Virus record (IMG/VR): IMGVR_UViG_3300028888_000044
Location: 259,539 to 323,538 of that record
DNA length: 64,000 nucleotides
From: a virus
Lineage: Duplodnaviria; Heunggongvirae; Uroviricota; Caudoviricetes
Strand: one strand, 5' to 3'
Within the stretch, counting starts at the first letter, position 1. Each line of letters begins with the position of its first letter. The notes under the pieces are model-generated. The model had not been told where the DNA came from. It worked only from the letters and a program-made list of their open reading frames with translations, and did not search any database. Shown here piece after piece: positions 6,709 to 15,149 of the stretch. A program made the translations under genes and the position numbers.

Positions 6709-6858
6709 ATGGAAAGTGATTTAAGATTTCAAGCAGCACTTGCTTTATTAGCAGCACAAGTTAAAAGTTCTGGTGCAAATTTAGCTGATATGAATAGACA
6801 TGTGAAACATGCGGTATATTATGCGGATGCTTTGATTAATGAACTTAAAAAATCTTAA
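6709..6858 (+). CDS. small hypothetical protein (49 aa)
   Basis: MESDLRFQAALALLAAQ...HAVYYADALINELKKS*. Confidence 0.6.
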   Translation: MESDLRFQAALALLAAQVKSSGANLADMNRHVKHAVYYADALINELKKS

Positions 6859-7106
6859 GTGTCTGATGTTGTATGGATAAATGATTGAACGATGGGTAAA
6901 ATTAAAAACATCAAATGTTGCTTTGGGTGTAAACATAGAAGAAATTGTAAAAAAGAAGAGCGTCTTGGCGGTCAAGTATTTACTTTCTATTGTGACGAAT
7001 TTGAGTGGAGTTCATCAGTAAAATCAAATAACCCAAATAAAAAAAGGTGAAATAATTTATTAACATTTTTTAACAAAATTTATTTGGGTATGTAAGATTT
7101 TGTTCG

Positions 7107-7114
7107 TATCTTTG
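7107..7114 (+). promoter_or_regulatory. -7 promoter element TAnnTTTG
   Basis: TATCTTTG ~22 nt before ATG 7136; TTTG upstream. Confidence 0.6.
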
Positions 7115-7135
7115 CGGTACAAAAAAAATAAAAGT

Positions 7136-7681
7136 ATGAAGAAAATTTTATTTATTTTAGCTCTACTTTTGAGCTGTTTTGCAAGCAATGCACAATTTAT
7201 TTCAAATCGGTTTGAATATCGAGATAAATTTGATGATGTGATTAAAAAAGATGTTGTAAAAACACTTATTACAAAAACTGATTCTACATTTGTTTTTGAA
7301 ACAAAAGGACATCGAGCAGTTGAATATTGGATTATAAATTATTGCGATTATGCTTCTGTTGGAGATAAAGATAATATTGTTGATTTAACTGGGGAATCTA
7401 TTGTTTATGGGTATGAAAATACTTGGTGTGTAATAAGAAAAGAAACATTGGCAAGATATAAAACACTTTTAGCTCGTAGTTATTTTGCAGACGAAGAAGA
7501 ATATAAAGAAATCAGATATGAAATATCCAAATATTGGTTATTTATTACTCAGAGAGTTATATCAAAATATTCATATAAATTTGAGTATGAAAATCAGTAT
7601 ATATGGATTGGTGATGGTGGCGCAAATGATAATAGAATAATATTGGGTAGAAATATTCAGAGAATAATTTACTATTTTTAA
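7136..7681 (+). CDS. secreted hypothetical protein
   Basis: MKKILFILALLLSCFASNAQ signal peptide; start moved from TTG 7100. Confidence 0.75.
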   Translation: MKKILFILALLLSCFASNAQFISNRFEYRDKFDDVIKKDVVKTLITKTDSTFVFETKGHRAVEYWIINYCDYASVGDKDNIVDLTGESIVYGYENTWCVIRKETLARYKTLLARSYFADEEEYKEIRYEISKYWLFITQRVISKYSYKFEYENQYIWIGDGGANDNRIILGRNIQRIIYYF

Positions 7682-7708
7682 GATATAATCTAATTAGATG
7701 AAAAACAA

Positions 7709-7854
7709 CATCGTCAAGAGTGCGCACTTGATGGTGGACGAGGTTGTCGCATAGCGTTTACTCGTCAAGTATACAAGACTGTCTGTTGTAAACATAGTGA
7801 AGCATACCGAGGTGAAATTCGGGGGTAGTCGTGCAAGTCGAATTGGCGGTCTTG
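7709..7854 (+). ncRNA. candidate structured RNA upstream of tRNA-Ser
   Basis: Hairpin CATCGTCAAG/CTTGATGGTG; AAGACTGTC/GGCGGTCTT enclosing CCGAG-GTGAAA-TTCGG. Confidence 0.4.
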
Positions 7855-7861
7855 ATTTTTA

Positions 7862-7951
7862 AGTGGGGTGGCAGAGTTGGTCTATTGCATTTGTCTTGAA
7901 AACAAACGGACGCTTAACGGTGTCCCGTGGGTTCGAACCCCACCCCCACTG
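7862..7951 (+). tRNA. tRNA-Ser(TGA)
   Basis: AGTGGGG/CCCCACT, G73; TTTGT-CTTGAAA-ACAAA; long variable arm. Confidence 0.9.
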
Positions 7952-8041
7952 CTACAATGATTAAATCATATACATATTTTTTTGTTCGAATACTTGACTT
8001 TCCGCAAAAATGTACTATATTTTAAATAAAGAAGTACATTT

Positions 8042-8899
8042 ATGAGAAAGAAAAATATTGACATTAGTACAGAAGAAAAGAAAAATGAGGTTTTTGACTT
8101 ATTTAATGGATTCAACAGTAAAAGTGAAGCATATAAGTATTTTGGGTTAAGTGATAATTCACTCAATTCACGCTATTTAACTGAAATATCTGAACAGATT
8201 GGCTTTGATTTAAATTTGTACAAAGAACGAAGAAAGAAACCAATTAAATATTGTCAAGAATGCGGCAAGGAAATAACATCTAGAGACGGTAAATTGTTTT
8301 GCAGTTCTTCTTGTGCGGCAAAATATAATAACAAACACAGAGATAAATCTGTTTATGAAAAACTTGCTGAAAAACTACGAAAGAAAGACAAAGCAGATAA
8401 ACCAAAAAAGGAAAAACAAGTAAAAGAACCAAAACCAAAAGTTATAAAGCATCACAAATCGTACCATAGAACGCGAATATATATAAACAAATGTGAATAT
8501 TGTGGTTTAGAATTTGAAACAAAAAATAAAAATGCTAGATTTTGTTCAAATAAGTGTATTGCTAATGCAAGTCATGTAGAGGCATATAATAAATATATCA
8601 ACAACCAAGATGATTATTGCCGACCAAATTATGTTCCAAAACCATTTAAGGAATTTTTTTTGGAAGAACAAAATAATCAATGTGCTATATGTGGTTGTTT
8701 ACCAGAACACAATGGTAAAAAATTGGTTTTTGTTTTAGACCACATTGACGGTGATGCTTCAAATAATCATAGGGATAATTTAAGATTGGTTTGTCCAAAT
8801 TGTGACAGTCAACTTGATACTTTCAAATCCAAAAACAAAAATAGTACAAGACGAAATTACTTTAGGGAAAAGATATTACAGCAATTATATTCAAATTAA
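8042..8899 (+). CDS. HNH endonuclease with Zn-ribbon repeats (freestanding homing endonuclease)
   Basis: CQECG..FCSSSC and CEYCG..FCSNKC modules; C-terminal CAICG...LDHIDGDASNNHRDNLRLVCPNC. Confidence 0.85.
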   Translation: MRKKNIDISTEEKKNEVFDLFNGFNSKSEAYKYFGLSDNSLNSRYLTEISEQIGFDLNLYKERRKKPIKYCQECGKEITSRDGKLFCSSSCAAKYNNKHRDKSVYEKLAEKLRKKDKADKPKKEKQVKEPKPKVIKHHKSYHRTRIYINKCEYCGLEFETKNKNARFCSNKCIANASHVEAYNKYINNQDDYCRPNYVPKPFKEFFLEEQNNQCAICGCLPEHNGKKLVFVLDHIDGDASNNHRDNLRLVCPNCDSQLDTFKSKNKNSTRRNYFREKILQQLYSN

Positions 8900-8905
8900 A
8901 TATTT

Positions 8906-10036
8906 ATGGGTTGCTTTAATCGCACTGGGTTTTTAAGCCATTTGCCAATTGAATATGAAGATGAAATCGTAGTATTCTTGTTGGCAGATAATACAAAAGT
9001 GGAATATCAGACAAGTATTCCTTGTTATCCAAACAGTGGAGGATACACACCACTATGTCTTCCGTTTTTCGGAACTTATGATGACTATGGCGGTATCGAA
9101 AATGTAGTTGACGATTTCAATTCTCGTTATTTAAAAAAGAAAGTTGGTATGTCTGTTGAAGAGGTGTGCAAATTACTTCTAAGCCGTAATTCAATCGGTT
9201 TGACATACAGAAATATACTTACAGACCTTAAAAAGTTGAATGACCCATCATATAAGGAATATGGCAAGGATAGGGATATTAAGGAATATGAGAAACTTAA
9301 GGTAATCTACGAGAAAATCCTTGGTATTGACGAAGATTACGAAAATAAGGTTGATAAAGGCAGTGGTAAGTATAGGTGGGAAATTGATATGATGGCTGAT
9401 TCAACAATTATCTTCACTATGGAACTAAAATCCGTCTACGAGAAGATGGGTGAAGTCGCTGTAAGGGATTTTGAAGGCGATGTAGATTACGGATTCTGTA
9501 GACCAGATGACCATCATTATACACTTGAGGAAAAGTTTGACATAACTAACAAGTGCGTCCAATTGTTTGCGAACACAAGGAAAAGTGTAAATCCAATTAC
9601 TTTTGGTCTGACAGAGCTGTACAGTTTGATGGATGAAGATGTCCTAGGATTGGCCGAAGAAGGACAATTGGATGCAATCAAGGATTTGATGGACAAGCAA
9701 AGACAGTTGCACAAGTATTCTCACTATGATTTTATTGGGATTCATACTCGTTTATCTGGAAGTACGCCAATGCCGCTTGACTATCGTCTGTATGAAGGGT
9801 GCTTCGAGGATATATCCGAAATGAAGGAAGACGTTATCAAATACGTCAGATTCTTGGATATGATGCACATTCAAGGTGTGATATTCACACAGTCACCTTA
9901 TCATAATCAGTGCATAGACTATGACCGAGCTGTAGCTTATTGTGAAGAAATTCTTAATATTATCAAGGCTAAAAAGGCGGCATATGATAAAAAGGTTGCT
10001 GAATGCGATATAGATGAAGAGGACGAAGAAGAATAA
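8906..10036 (+). CDS. hypothetical protein
   Basis: 376-aa ORF. Confidence 0.85.
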   Translation: MGCFNRTGFLSHLPIEYEDEIVVFLLADNTKVEYQTSIPCYPNSGGYTPLCLPFFGTYDDYGGIENVVDDFNSRYLKKKVGMSVEEVCKLLLSRNSIGLTYRNILTDLKKLNDPSYKEYGKDRDIKEYEKLKVIYEKILGIDEDYENKVDKGSGKYRWEIDMMADSTIIFTMELKSVYEKMGEVAVRDFEGDVDYGFCRPDDHHYTLEEKFDITNKCVQLFANTRKSVNPITFGLTELYSLMDEDVLGLAEEGQLDAIKDLMDKQRQLHKYSHYDFIGIHTRLSGSTPMPLDYRLYEGCFEDISEMKEDVIKYVRFLDMMHIQGVIFTQSPYHNQCIDYDRAVAYCEEILNIIKAKKAAYDKKVAECDIDEEDEEE

Positions 10037-10044
10037 CAACAGAT

Positions 10045-10222
10045 GGGGGTGCTGAACGAGGAAGTGTTCAACCAGCAAATGTTGGGCTAGTCCTATTAGA
10101 GAATCTGAAATATTGGTCTCGTATTTTTCCAGTAGCACTTGAAAGCCGTGGTTGGCAAGTAGAGGAAGCGCGTTTAGTGAGATAGGTTAAAAGACGTGGG
10201 TTCGAATCCCATCACCTCCACA
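10045..10222 (+). ncRNA. compact tmRNA-like RNA with Ala identity
   Basis: GGGGGTG/CACCTCC (G3-U70), A73; 3' end AAGAC-GTGGG-TTCGAAT-CCCAT; no anticodon arm; ~176 nt. Confidence 0.6.
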
Positions 10223-10237
10223 ATATATGCTAATTTT

Positions 10238-10531
10238 ATGGGAAAGAAATCTTTCAAAGACTTAAAAGTTGGTGATTGTTTAACGTTACATATGTCTCGT
10301 ATAAATGGCGAATTTACCGATAATAATACATATTGGTATGCCATTATTAAATATATAGAGCAAACCAATGATTGTGAAATTTTGAGAATATCATATAAAA
10401 CATCAAAATTTCAACACACTATACTTGTCGGTAAGAATCAGAATTATTATTGGTTTCACAAGTATTTTACAAGTGGTAAATATTCTTGGGTTAGTACAAA
10501 GTATAAATGGGCTTATTATATTATATTGTAA
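10238..10531 (+). CDS. hypothetical protein (FKDLKVGD motif)
   Basis: Start moved from 10196 to ATG 10238, after the RNA. Confidence 0.65.
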   Translation: MGKKSFKDLKVGDCLTLHMSRINGEFTDNNTYWYAIIKYIEQTNDCEILRISYKTSKFQHTILVGKNQNYYWFHKYFTSGKYSWVSTKYKWAYYIIL

Positions 10532-10535
10532 ATTT

Positions 10536-11006
10536 ATGAAACTTGAAGATATTAAAAGAATTGGTTTGATTCAAAGTGAAATTAACAGAGTGCACAGTGA
10601 ATATTCCAATCGAGTTAAGCCACTTATGGTAGAAAAAGATGCCTTATACGATAATATAAACAAACTTTTTTGTACACATCCGCAATGGGTGATGTTCATT
10701 CAAAGGCACGGTTTGAACGATTTTGAGCCATACAAGGAAAAATTGACATTTAAATTCAATTTCGAAAATAATACTTGTTACATTAATATTCTACGAATGT
10801 GGCGTGATGAAATTGAATATGACGAAAACACAAGAAGTTTCAAAATCAGTGAATTGGTTGATTTTTTGAACAATCATCACTATTATGATGCTTTGATTGA
10901 AAGAGCAAAAAGGATTGAAAAGGCTCATAAAGAAAATTGTAAAAAGGAACAAGAAACTGAAGAATATTCTGAATATTTAAGGCTAAAAGCAAAATATGAA
11001 AATTGA
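10536..11006 (+). CDS. hypothetical protein, paralogue of next gene
   Basis: MKLEDIKRI...EEYSEYLRLKAKYEN; start moved from 10425. Confidence 0.7.
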   Translation: MKLEDIKRIGLIQSEINRVHSEYSNRVKPLMVEKDALYDNINKLFCTHPQWVMFIQRHGLNDFEPYKEKLTFKFNFENNTCYINILRMWRDEIEYDENTRSFKISELVDFLNNHHYYDALIERAKRIEKAHKENCKKEQETEEYSEYLRLKAKYEN

Positions 11007-11388
11007 GGAACTTAAGCAGCTTTCTGTATTACATCAAAAGTTGGAAAAGAAAGCAAAAGCATTGTTTGAGTATATCAAACGAAACCATAAGAATGTCTTG
11101 CATTATGATGATGATTTCGTAGAATGCGTGGTAGATGAAGATGAAGTAGTAATCCGCTATACTGACCGTGGATATGACATTTTTGAAACTTATGATTTGC
11201 GCATTCCTTTTGAAGGTTTCTGTTCTAACATGGAGAAATGGGCAGATAATTATGCTGAACGTCTTCGCAAGGAAGAGGAAGAAAGAAAAAAGGCAGAACA
11301 GATTAGGCACGAAGAATATGAACGCCAACAGTATTTACGTTTAAAAGAGAAATATGACAGCGTTGGAGGATGCACAAAGAGCAATTGA
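10996..11388 (+). CDS. hypothetical protein
   Basis: MKIEELKQL...EYERQQYLRLKEKY, tandem paralogue of 10536. Confidence 0.75.
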   Translation: MKIEELKQLSVLHQKLEKKAKALFEYIKRNHKNVLHYDDDFVECVVDEDEVVIRYTDRGYDIFETYDLRIPFEGFCSNMEKWADNYAERLRKEEEERKKAEQIRHEEYERQQYLRLKEKYDSVGGCTKSN

Positions 11389-11683
11389 TTCTTTGAGTGG
11401 CAAAGGTAAATCAGACAAACAAGTGCTAACTGAAAAAGCTTGGCTACAAGCAATATTAAACTTATTACTATCCAAAAAGTATGTAACCATACAAAATAAG
11501 GATGGTGTAAAATTTGATGTTGCAGCAATTAGTGAAACATGCCTATTTTTATCCTTTTTTGATGTATGTAATCATATTAATTGGTACAATACAGACATCA
11601 GTCCAAAACCAACAGAAAAATTGAAAAACGATTTTCACCATTGGTATTTATTTAATGTTTTAAAACCGTTATATAGATTTTAA
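11354..11683 (+). CDS. hypothetical protein
   Basis: 109-aa ORF in operon. Confidence 0.6.
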   Translation: MTALEDAQRAIDSLSGKGKSDKQVLTEKAWLQAILNLLLSKKYVTIQNKDGVKFDVAAISETCLFLSFFDVCNHINWYNTDISPKPTEKLKNDFHHWYLFNVLKPLYRF

Positions 11684-11695
11684 AAATGTTATATT

Positions 11696-11977
11696 ATGAC
11701 AAAGAAGTTTTGGAAAGATTGGCAAAAGAGGTTTGGTGAAACACAGGATGTTTTAATAAATCAGCCATCTAAAATACATCCAGTACCATTACTAGGTAGA
11801 TGTAGCAGAGACAAGATAGTTGATGCAGAGTGGTTTACTGATTCAGTAGTCCTTAAAATTGAGAGGTATACAATATCATCTAATATAAATGGTTGGCATT
11901 ATGCTTTAATGGGCGTATTTCCTTGCTTATTACTTCGTACTGATATTAATACAGTTCGTTTCAAAAAGACTAAATAA
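11696..11977 (+). CDS. hypothetical protein
   Basis: 93-aa ORF. Confidence 0.65.
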   Translation: MTKKFWKDWQKRFGETQDVLINQPSKIHPVPLLGRCSRDKIVDAEWFTDSVVLKIERYTISSNINGWHYALMGVFPCLLLRTDINTVRFKKTK

Positions 11978-12266
11978 TATGACTGACCAGTTATTTAAGT
12001 ATTTGGAAAAAATCTTCTTTCAAGATAATCATCCAAAGTATAGAAAATACTTTCCATTGTGGGTTAGCAACTTGACTGAAACACAAATAGAAGGATTCAA
12101 GCACGTTATGGAGGTTGACGAGAGTGGTATACTGAAACAGTGTTAACAAAATTTAACTATATATTATTAATAAAAATTATTAATTGTTTATATATTAGTA
12201 TAGAATAAAATACCAAAGGAGACCTTCGCAAGTAATTGAGGTGGTAAACCGTCCTCAAGATGGTGT

Positions 12267-12540
12267 ATATGCGGCATAATGGTATTTAATATATGGGCTT
12301 GAAGTTGGTACGTGAAACGCTGGTCGATGTATTATGCGGTAAGAAGACCAAACACCGTAGGGTTCGATTCCCACCGAGTCCGCGCGTTGGGGGATTGTGG
12401 TTGACGCTGGATAAGACATGCTTGTTATCCACACAGAAGAACAGACCAATTCTGAAAATACTTACATAATAATTACGTAATAAAGGTAAGGACGATAGGA
12501 TGCGGTAACTGGTAATGGTTTCAAACTACTGTTCGTATAT
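12267..12540 (+). ncRNA. tmRNA-like structured RNA with G3-U70 tRNA-like core (12295-12382); possibly circularly permuted
   Basis: GGGCTTG/CGAGTCC acceptor; GTAGGG-TTCGATT-CCCAC T-arm; second tmRNA-5'-like strand GGGATTG-TGGTTGAC at 12391; ends pair ATATGCGG/TTCGTATAT. Confidence 0.45.
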
Positions 12541-12623
12541 GGTGTGCGTGGCAGAGTGGTCGAATGCGCAAGTCTGTGGCTCTTGTAAAAAAAACACCGC
12601 TGGTTCGAATCCAGTCGTACACC
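12541..12623 (+). tRNA. tRNA-His(GTG) with A-rich expanded variable loop
   Basis: G-1:C73; GTGTGCG/CGTACAC; CAAGT-CTGTGGC-TCTTG; variable region TAAAAAAAACACC. Confidence 0.8.
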
Positions 12624-12769
12624 CAAAATAAAAATGAAGGACACATATAGGGTAATAACTATAAGAAGTTAGTGTAGGCAACGCTTGATTGACAGTTGTA
12701 CACGATAGTGAAATGTATTTTTTATTTTCTTTTTTTTCAATATAAATATTTATATTAAAAAAAAGAAAT

Positions 12770-13252
12770 ATGGGAAATAGCAAAAATGTGGTATCCGCAG
12801 CATGTTTTTTATTCGCAAAAAACGAAAATGGGGAAATGTGTGTGTTATGCGGTAAAAGAAGTGGTGATGACTTATTACATTATGGTGGTTTTTTTGATGT
12901 TCCATGTGGTGTAAGAGAATATGGTGAGGAACCAATCGACACAGCAGTAAGGGAACTTAAAGAAGAAGCTGGTATTTCAATATCATCTAGTGATTTAACT
13001 TTCTATGGTTATCAGCCTTGGGGTGGCAGAAGCAATAAGTATGGTGCTAACTTTTATGCTTTACTAGATGAATGTATTGAGATTGGACAAGGTGATGGTG
13101 AACACGATTTTTTCAAGTGGATTCCATTAAAAGAAGTTGGGAATTACCTATGGGCTTTTTATATGAATTATATTATATTTGAAATTTATCAAAATATAAT
13201 AGTTAAGCAAACATTACAAGAGTACTTGACAAGGCATTGCCAGTTAATATAA
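12770..13252 (+). CDS. Nudix hydrolase
   Basis: Nudix box-like GVREYGEEPIDTAVRELKEEAGI. Confidence 0.85.
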   Translation: MGNSKNVVSAACFLFAKNENGEMCVLCGKRSGDDLLHYGGFFDVPCGVREYGEEPIDTAVRELKEEAGISISSSDLTFYGYQPWGGRSNKYGANFYALLDECIEIGQGDGEHDFFKWIPLKEVGNYLWAFYMNYIIFEIYQNIIVKQTLQEYLTRHCQLI

Positions 13253-13267
13253 AATAATAATAACAAT

Positions 13268-13702
13268 ATGAGTTCGAGTTTGTTTTCTGATTTCTATACT
13301 TCTTATGAAATATATCCTAAAACAGAATATGTTTACGGAGATAAGAAGTTTGGGGATTTAAAAGTTGGTGATAAATTATATTTAATTGATGTGTTATCTT
13401 TAACGACATTAATTGTCACAAAAGAATTGCACAAACACAATGGTAAAACATATCTTTCTTGTATTACAGAAGGTAATAGGAAAGAGAAAAAGAATTTGTG
13501 TTTCGGTCCAAATGATTCAGCTAATGTTCTTATGTCGGGCAATCAATCGATTTTGTATTATGGAGATGAAGCTCGTATCGGAACTAATTTGGAAAGTGTA
13601 AAGAAAATATACTCTAATTATTTAATGGAAAAAATAGAGAAAACAAACAGTAAACTTGCATTCTTAACCAAAAAGTTAGAATTTGCTAAAACCATTAAAT
13701 AA
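13268..13702 (+). CDS. hypothetical protein (FGDLKVGD motif)
   Basis: 144-aa ORF; shares motif with 10238. Confidence 0.7.
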   Translation: MSSSLFSDFYTSYEIYPKTEYVYGDKKFGDLKVGDKLYLIDVLSLTTLIVTKELHKHNGKTYLSCITEGNRKEKKNLCFGPNDSANVLMSGNQSILYYGDEARIGTNLESVKKIYSNYLMEKIEKTNSKLAFLTKKLEFAKTIK

Positions 13703-13709
13703 TAACAAA

Positions 13710-13796
13710 GGAGAGCGCAACTAGTAAGGAACTAGGTCTGACTGCTAATCAGAACGTACCCAATTAGGGTATAGGATTCGAATTCCTGCCTCTCCG
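13710..13796 (+). tRNA. tRNA-Ser(GCT), atypical D-arm
   Basis: GGAGAG/CTCTCC, G73; TCTGA-CTGCTAA-TCAGA; variable arm TACCC/GGGTA; D-arm CTAGT-AAGGA-ACTAG. Confidence 0.8.
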
Positions 13797-13806
13797 CTAT
13801 TTATAT

Positions 13807-13880
13807 GGGGCATTAGCTCAGCTGGCTAGAGCGTCTGATTTGCATTCAGAAGGTCATGGGTTCGAATCCCATATGCTCCA
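13807..13880 (+). tRNA. tRNA-Ala(TGC)
   Basis: GGGGCAT/ATGCTCC (G3-U70); TCTGA-TTTGCAT-TCAGA. Confidence 0.93.
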
Positions 13881-13901
13881 CTAACAAAAAATACTATAAT
13901 T

Positions 13902-14153
13902 ATGGAAGATATGATATTAGGTATTACATTATTACTGTGTGTGGTATTTGTTATTTTTCTATTAGTGGTAATTGGGGCTTATTATTTTGTTTTCCCTTAT
14001 TACTTGGCAAAGAATTTGCCAATAACAAAAAACTTTTTTGCTGATTGTGCAATTTCATATATGTTATGTTTTGCATTTGCAATCGTTGGTAATGCAGTGT
14101 ATATGTTGCTTAACTTCATTGTAAATCAGAACAGCAAGACAACTACAGTATAA
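13902..14153 (+). CDS. small membrane protein
   Basis: Two hydrophobic segments. Confidence 0.65.
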   Translation: MEDMILGITLLLCVVFVIFLLVVIGAYYFVFPYYLAKNLPITKNFFADCAISYMLCFAFAIVGNAVYMLLNFIVNQNSKTTTV

Positions 14154-14161
14154 TTTAGCTT

Positions 14162-14232
14162 GGTGAGTGGTCTGGGCGGTTAGGTCGCGGTCTGCAAAAC
14201 CGTGAAGGTTGGTTCGACTCCAATACTCACCT
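14162..14232 (+). tRNA. tRNA-Cys(GCA)
   Basis: GGTGAGT/ACTCACC, U73; GCGGT-CTGCAAA-ACCGT. Confidence 0.88.
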
Positions 14233-14245
14233 CCGAACAATCAGT

Positions 14246-14512
14246 ATGATACTATTATATTTTGTCATTTCATTTACTAATGTATTCTTACACATTGTTA
14301 GGTCTATATTAGTTATAAAATCAAACAAGCTGATAGCTTCTACGGCAAATTGTATTTGCTACACATTTTCGGCTGTAGTCATCAAATTCATTGCAGAATT
14401 TGATTTGTGGATTGCAATATCTGTTCAAGCAATTACTAATTTCATTGGTTGTTATTTGGCAATGCTGTTTTGTGAGAAAATATTAGGAAAAAATATTGAT
14501 GTAGCTCAGTAG
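14246..14512 (+). CDS. small 3-TM membrane protein (UPF0316/DUF5698-like pattern)
   Basis: NVFLHIVRSILVIKSNKLIAS pattern; three hydrophobic helices; 3' end overlaps tRNA-Ile. Confidence 0.55.
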   Translation: MILLYFVISFTNVFLHIVRSILVIKSNKLIASTANCICYTFSAVVIKFIAEFDLWIAISVQAITNFIGCYLAMLFCEKILGKNIDVAQ

Positions 14513-14568
14513 GTTAGAGCATTTGGCTGATACCCAAAAGGTCGGAGGTTCAAGTCCTCCCATCAATA
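14495..14568 (+). tRNA. tRNA-Ile(GAT)
   Basis: ATTGATG/CATCAAT; TTTGG-CTGATAC-CCAAA. Confidence 0.9.
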
Positions 14569-14575
14569 CTATGAT

Positions 14576-14648
14576 TGGCCTATAGTGATAATGGTTAGCA
14601 CGGAAGACTGTTAATCTTCGAGTATCAGTTCGAGTCTGATTGGGCCAG
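14576..14648 (+). tRNA. tRNA-Asn(GTT)
   Basis: TGGCCTA/TGGGCCA, G73; GAAGA-CTGTTAA-TCTTC. Confidence 0.9.
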
Positions 14649-14693
14649 CAAATTTTTTTTATTTGATTTATCAAAATAGTATTAAACTGATAT

Positions 14694-14957
14694 ATGACTG
14701 AATTAAATTTTTTTATTAGATTTTTGAAGGATAGAAACATCTATAATCTTTTTTTTCAAAGAGTAATAGAGCAAAATAGTATTCGCTTTTTATATAAAAA
14801 TTTACTAAAATATTCTAATGATACCGAGTCTTTGATTTTTCTTTTGATAAATTGGAGTGATACTTTTGAAGGAAGTGATTATTGGTTTTATTTATATCAC
14901 GAATATTTGTCATATAAAAAGGAAAATTGGTCTGTTAGTTCAATGGACAGAATGTAG
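14694..14957 (+). CDS. hypothetical protein, FxRFLKD family
   Basis: FIRFLKDRNIY...LINWSDTFEGSDYW; paralogues at 42521, 46325, 46635, 46928. Confidence 0.7.
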   Translation: MTELNFFIRFLKDRNIYNLFFQRVIEQNSIRFLYKNLLKYSNDTESLIFLLINWSDTFEGSDYWFYLYHEYLSYKKENWSVSSMDRM

Positions 14958-15000
14958 CACTACGGATGCCGAGATGAGGGTTCGACTCCTTCACAGACTA
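14929..15000 (+). tRNA. tRNA-Arg(ACG)
   Basis: GGTCTGT/ACAGACT; TAGCA-CTACGGA-TGCCG. Confidence 0.85.
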
Positions 15001-15071
15001 CATTAAAATATGTTAAAAAATTTGGTTTTGTCGAAAATTATTTATATAATAGTATCAGAAAAAACAAACAT

Positions 15072-15146
15072 AGAGAGTTAGCTCAGATGGTTTAGAGCAT
15101 CTGCCTTACAAGCAGAGGGTCGTGAGTTCGAATCTCACACTCTCTA
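15072..15146 (+). tRNA. tRNA-Val(TAC)
   Basis: AGAGAGT/ACTCTCT; TCTGC-CTTACAA-GCAGA. Confidence 0.92.
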
Positions 15147-15149
15147 CAA

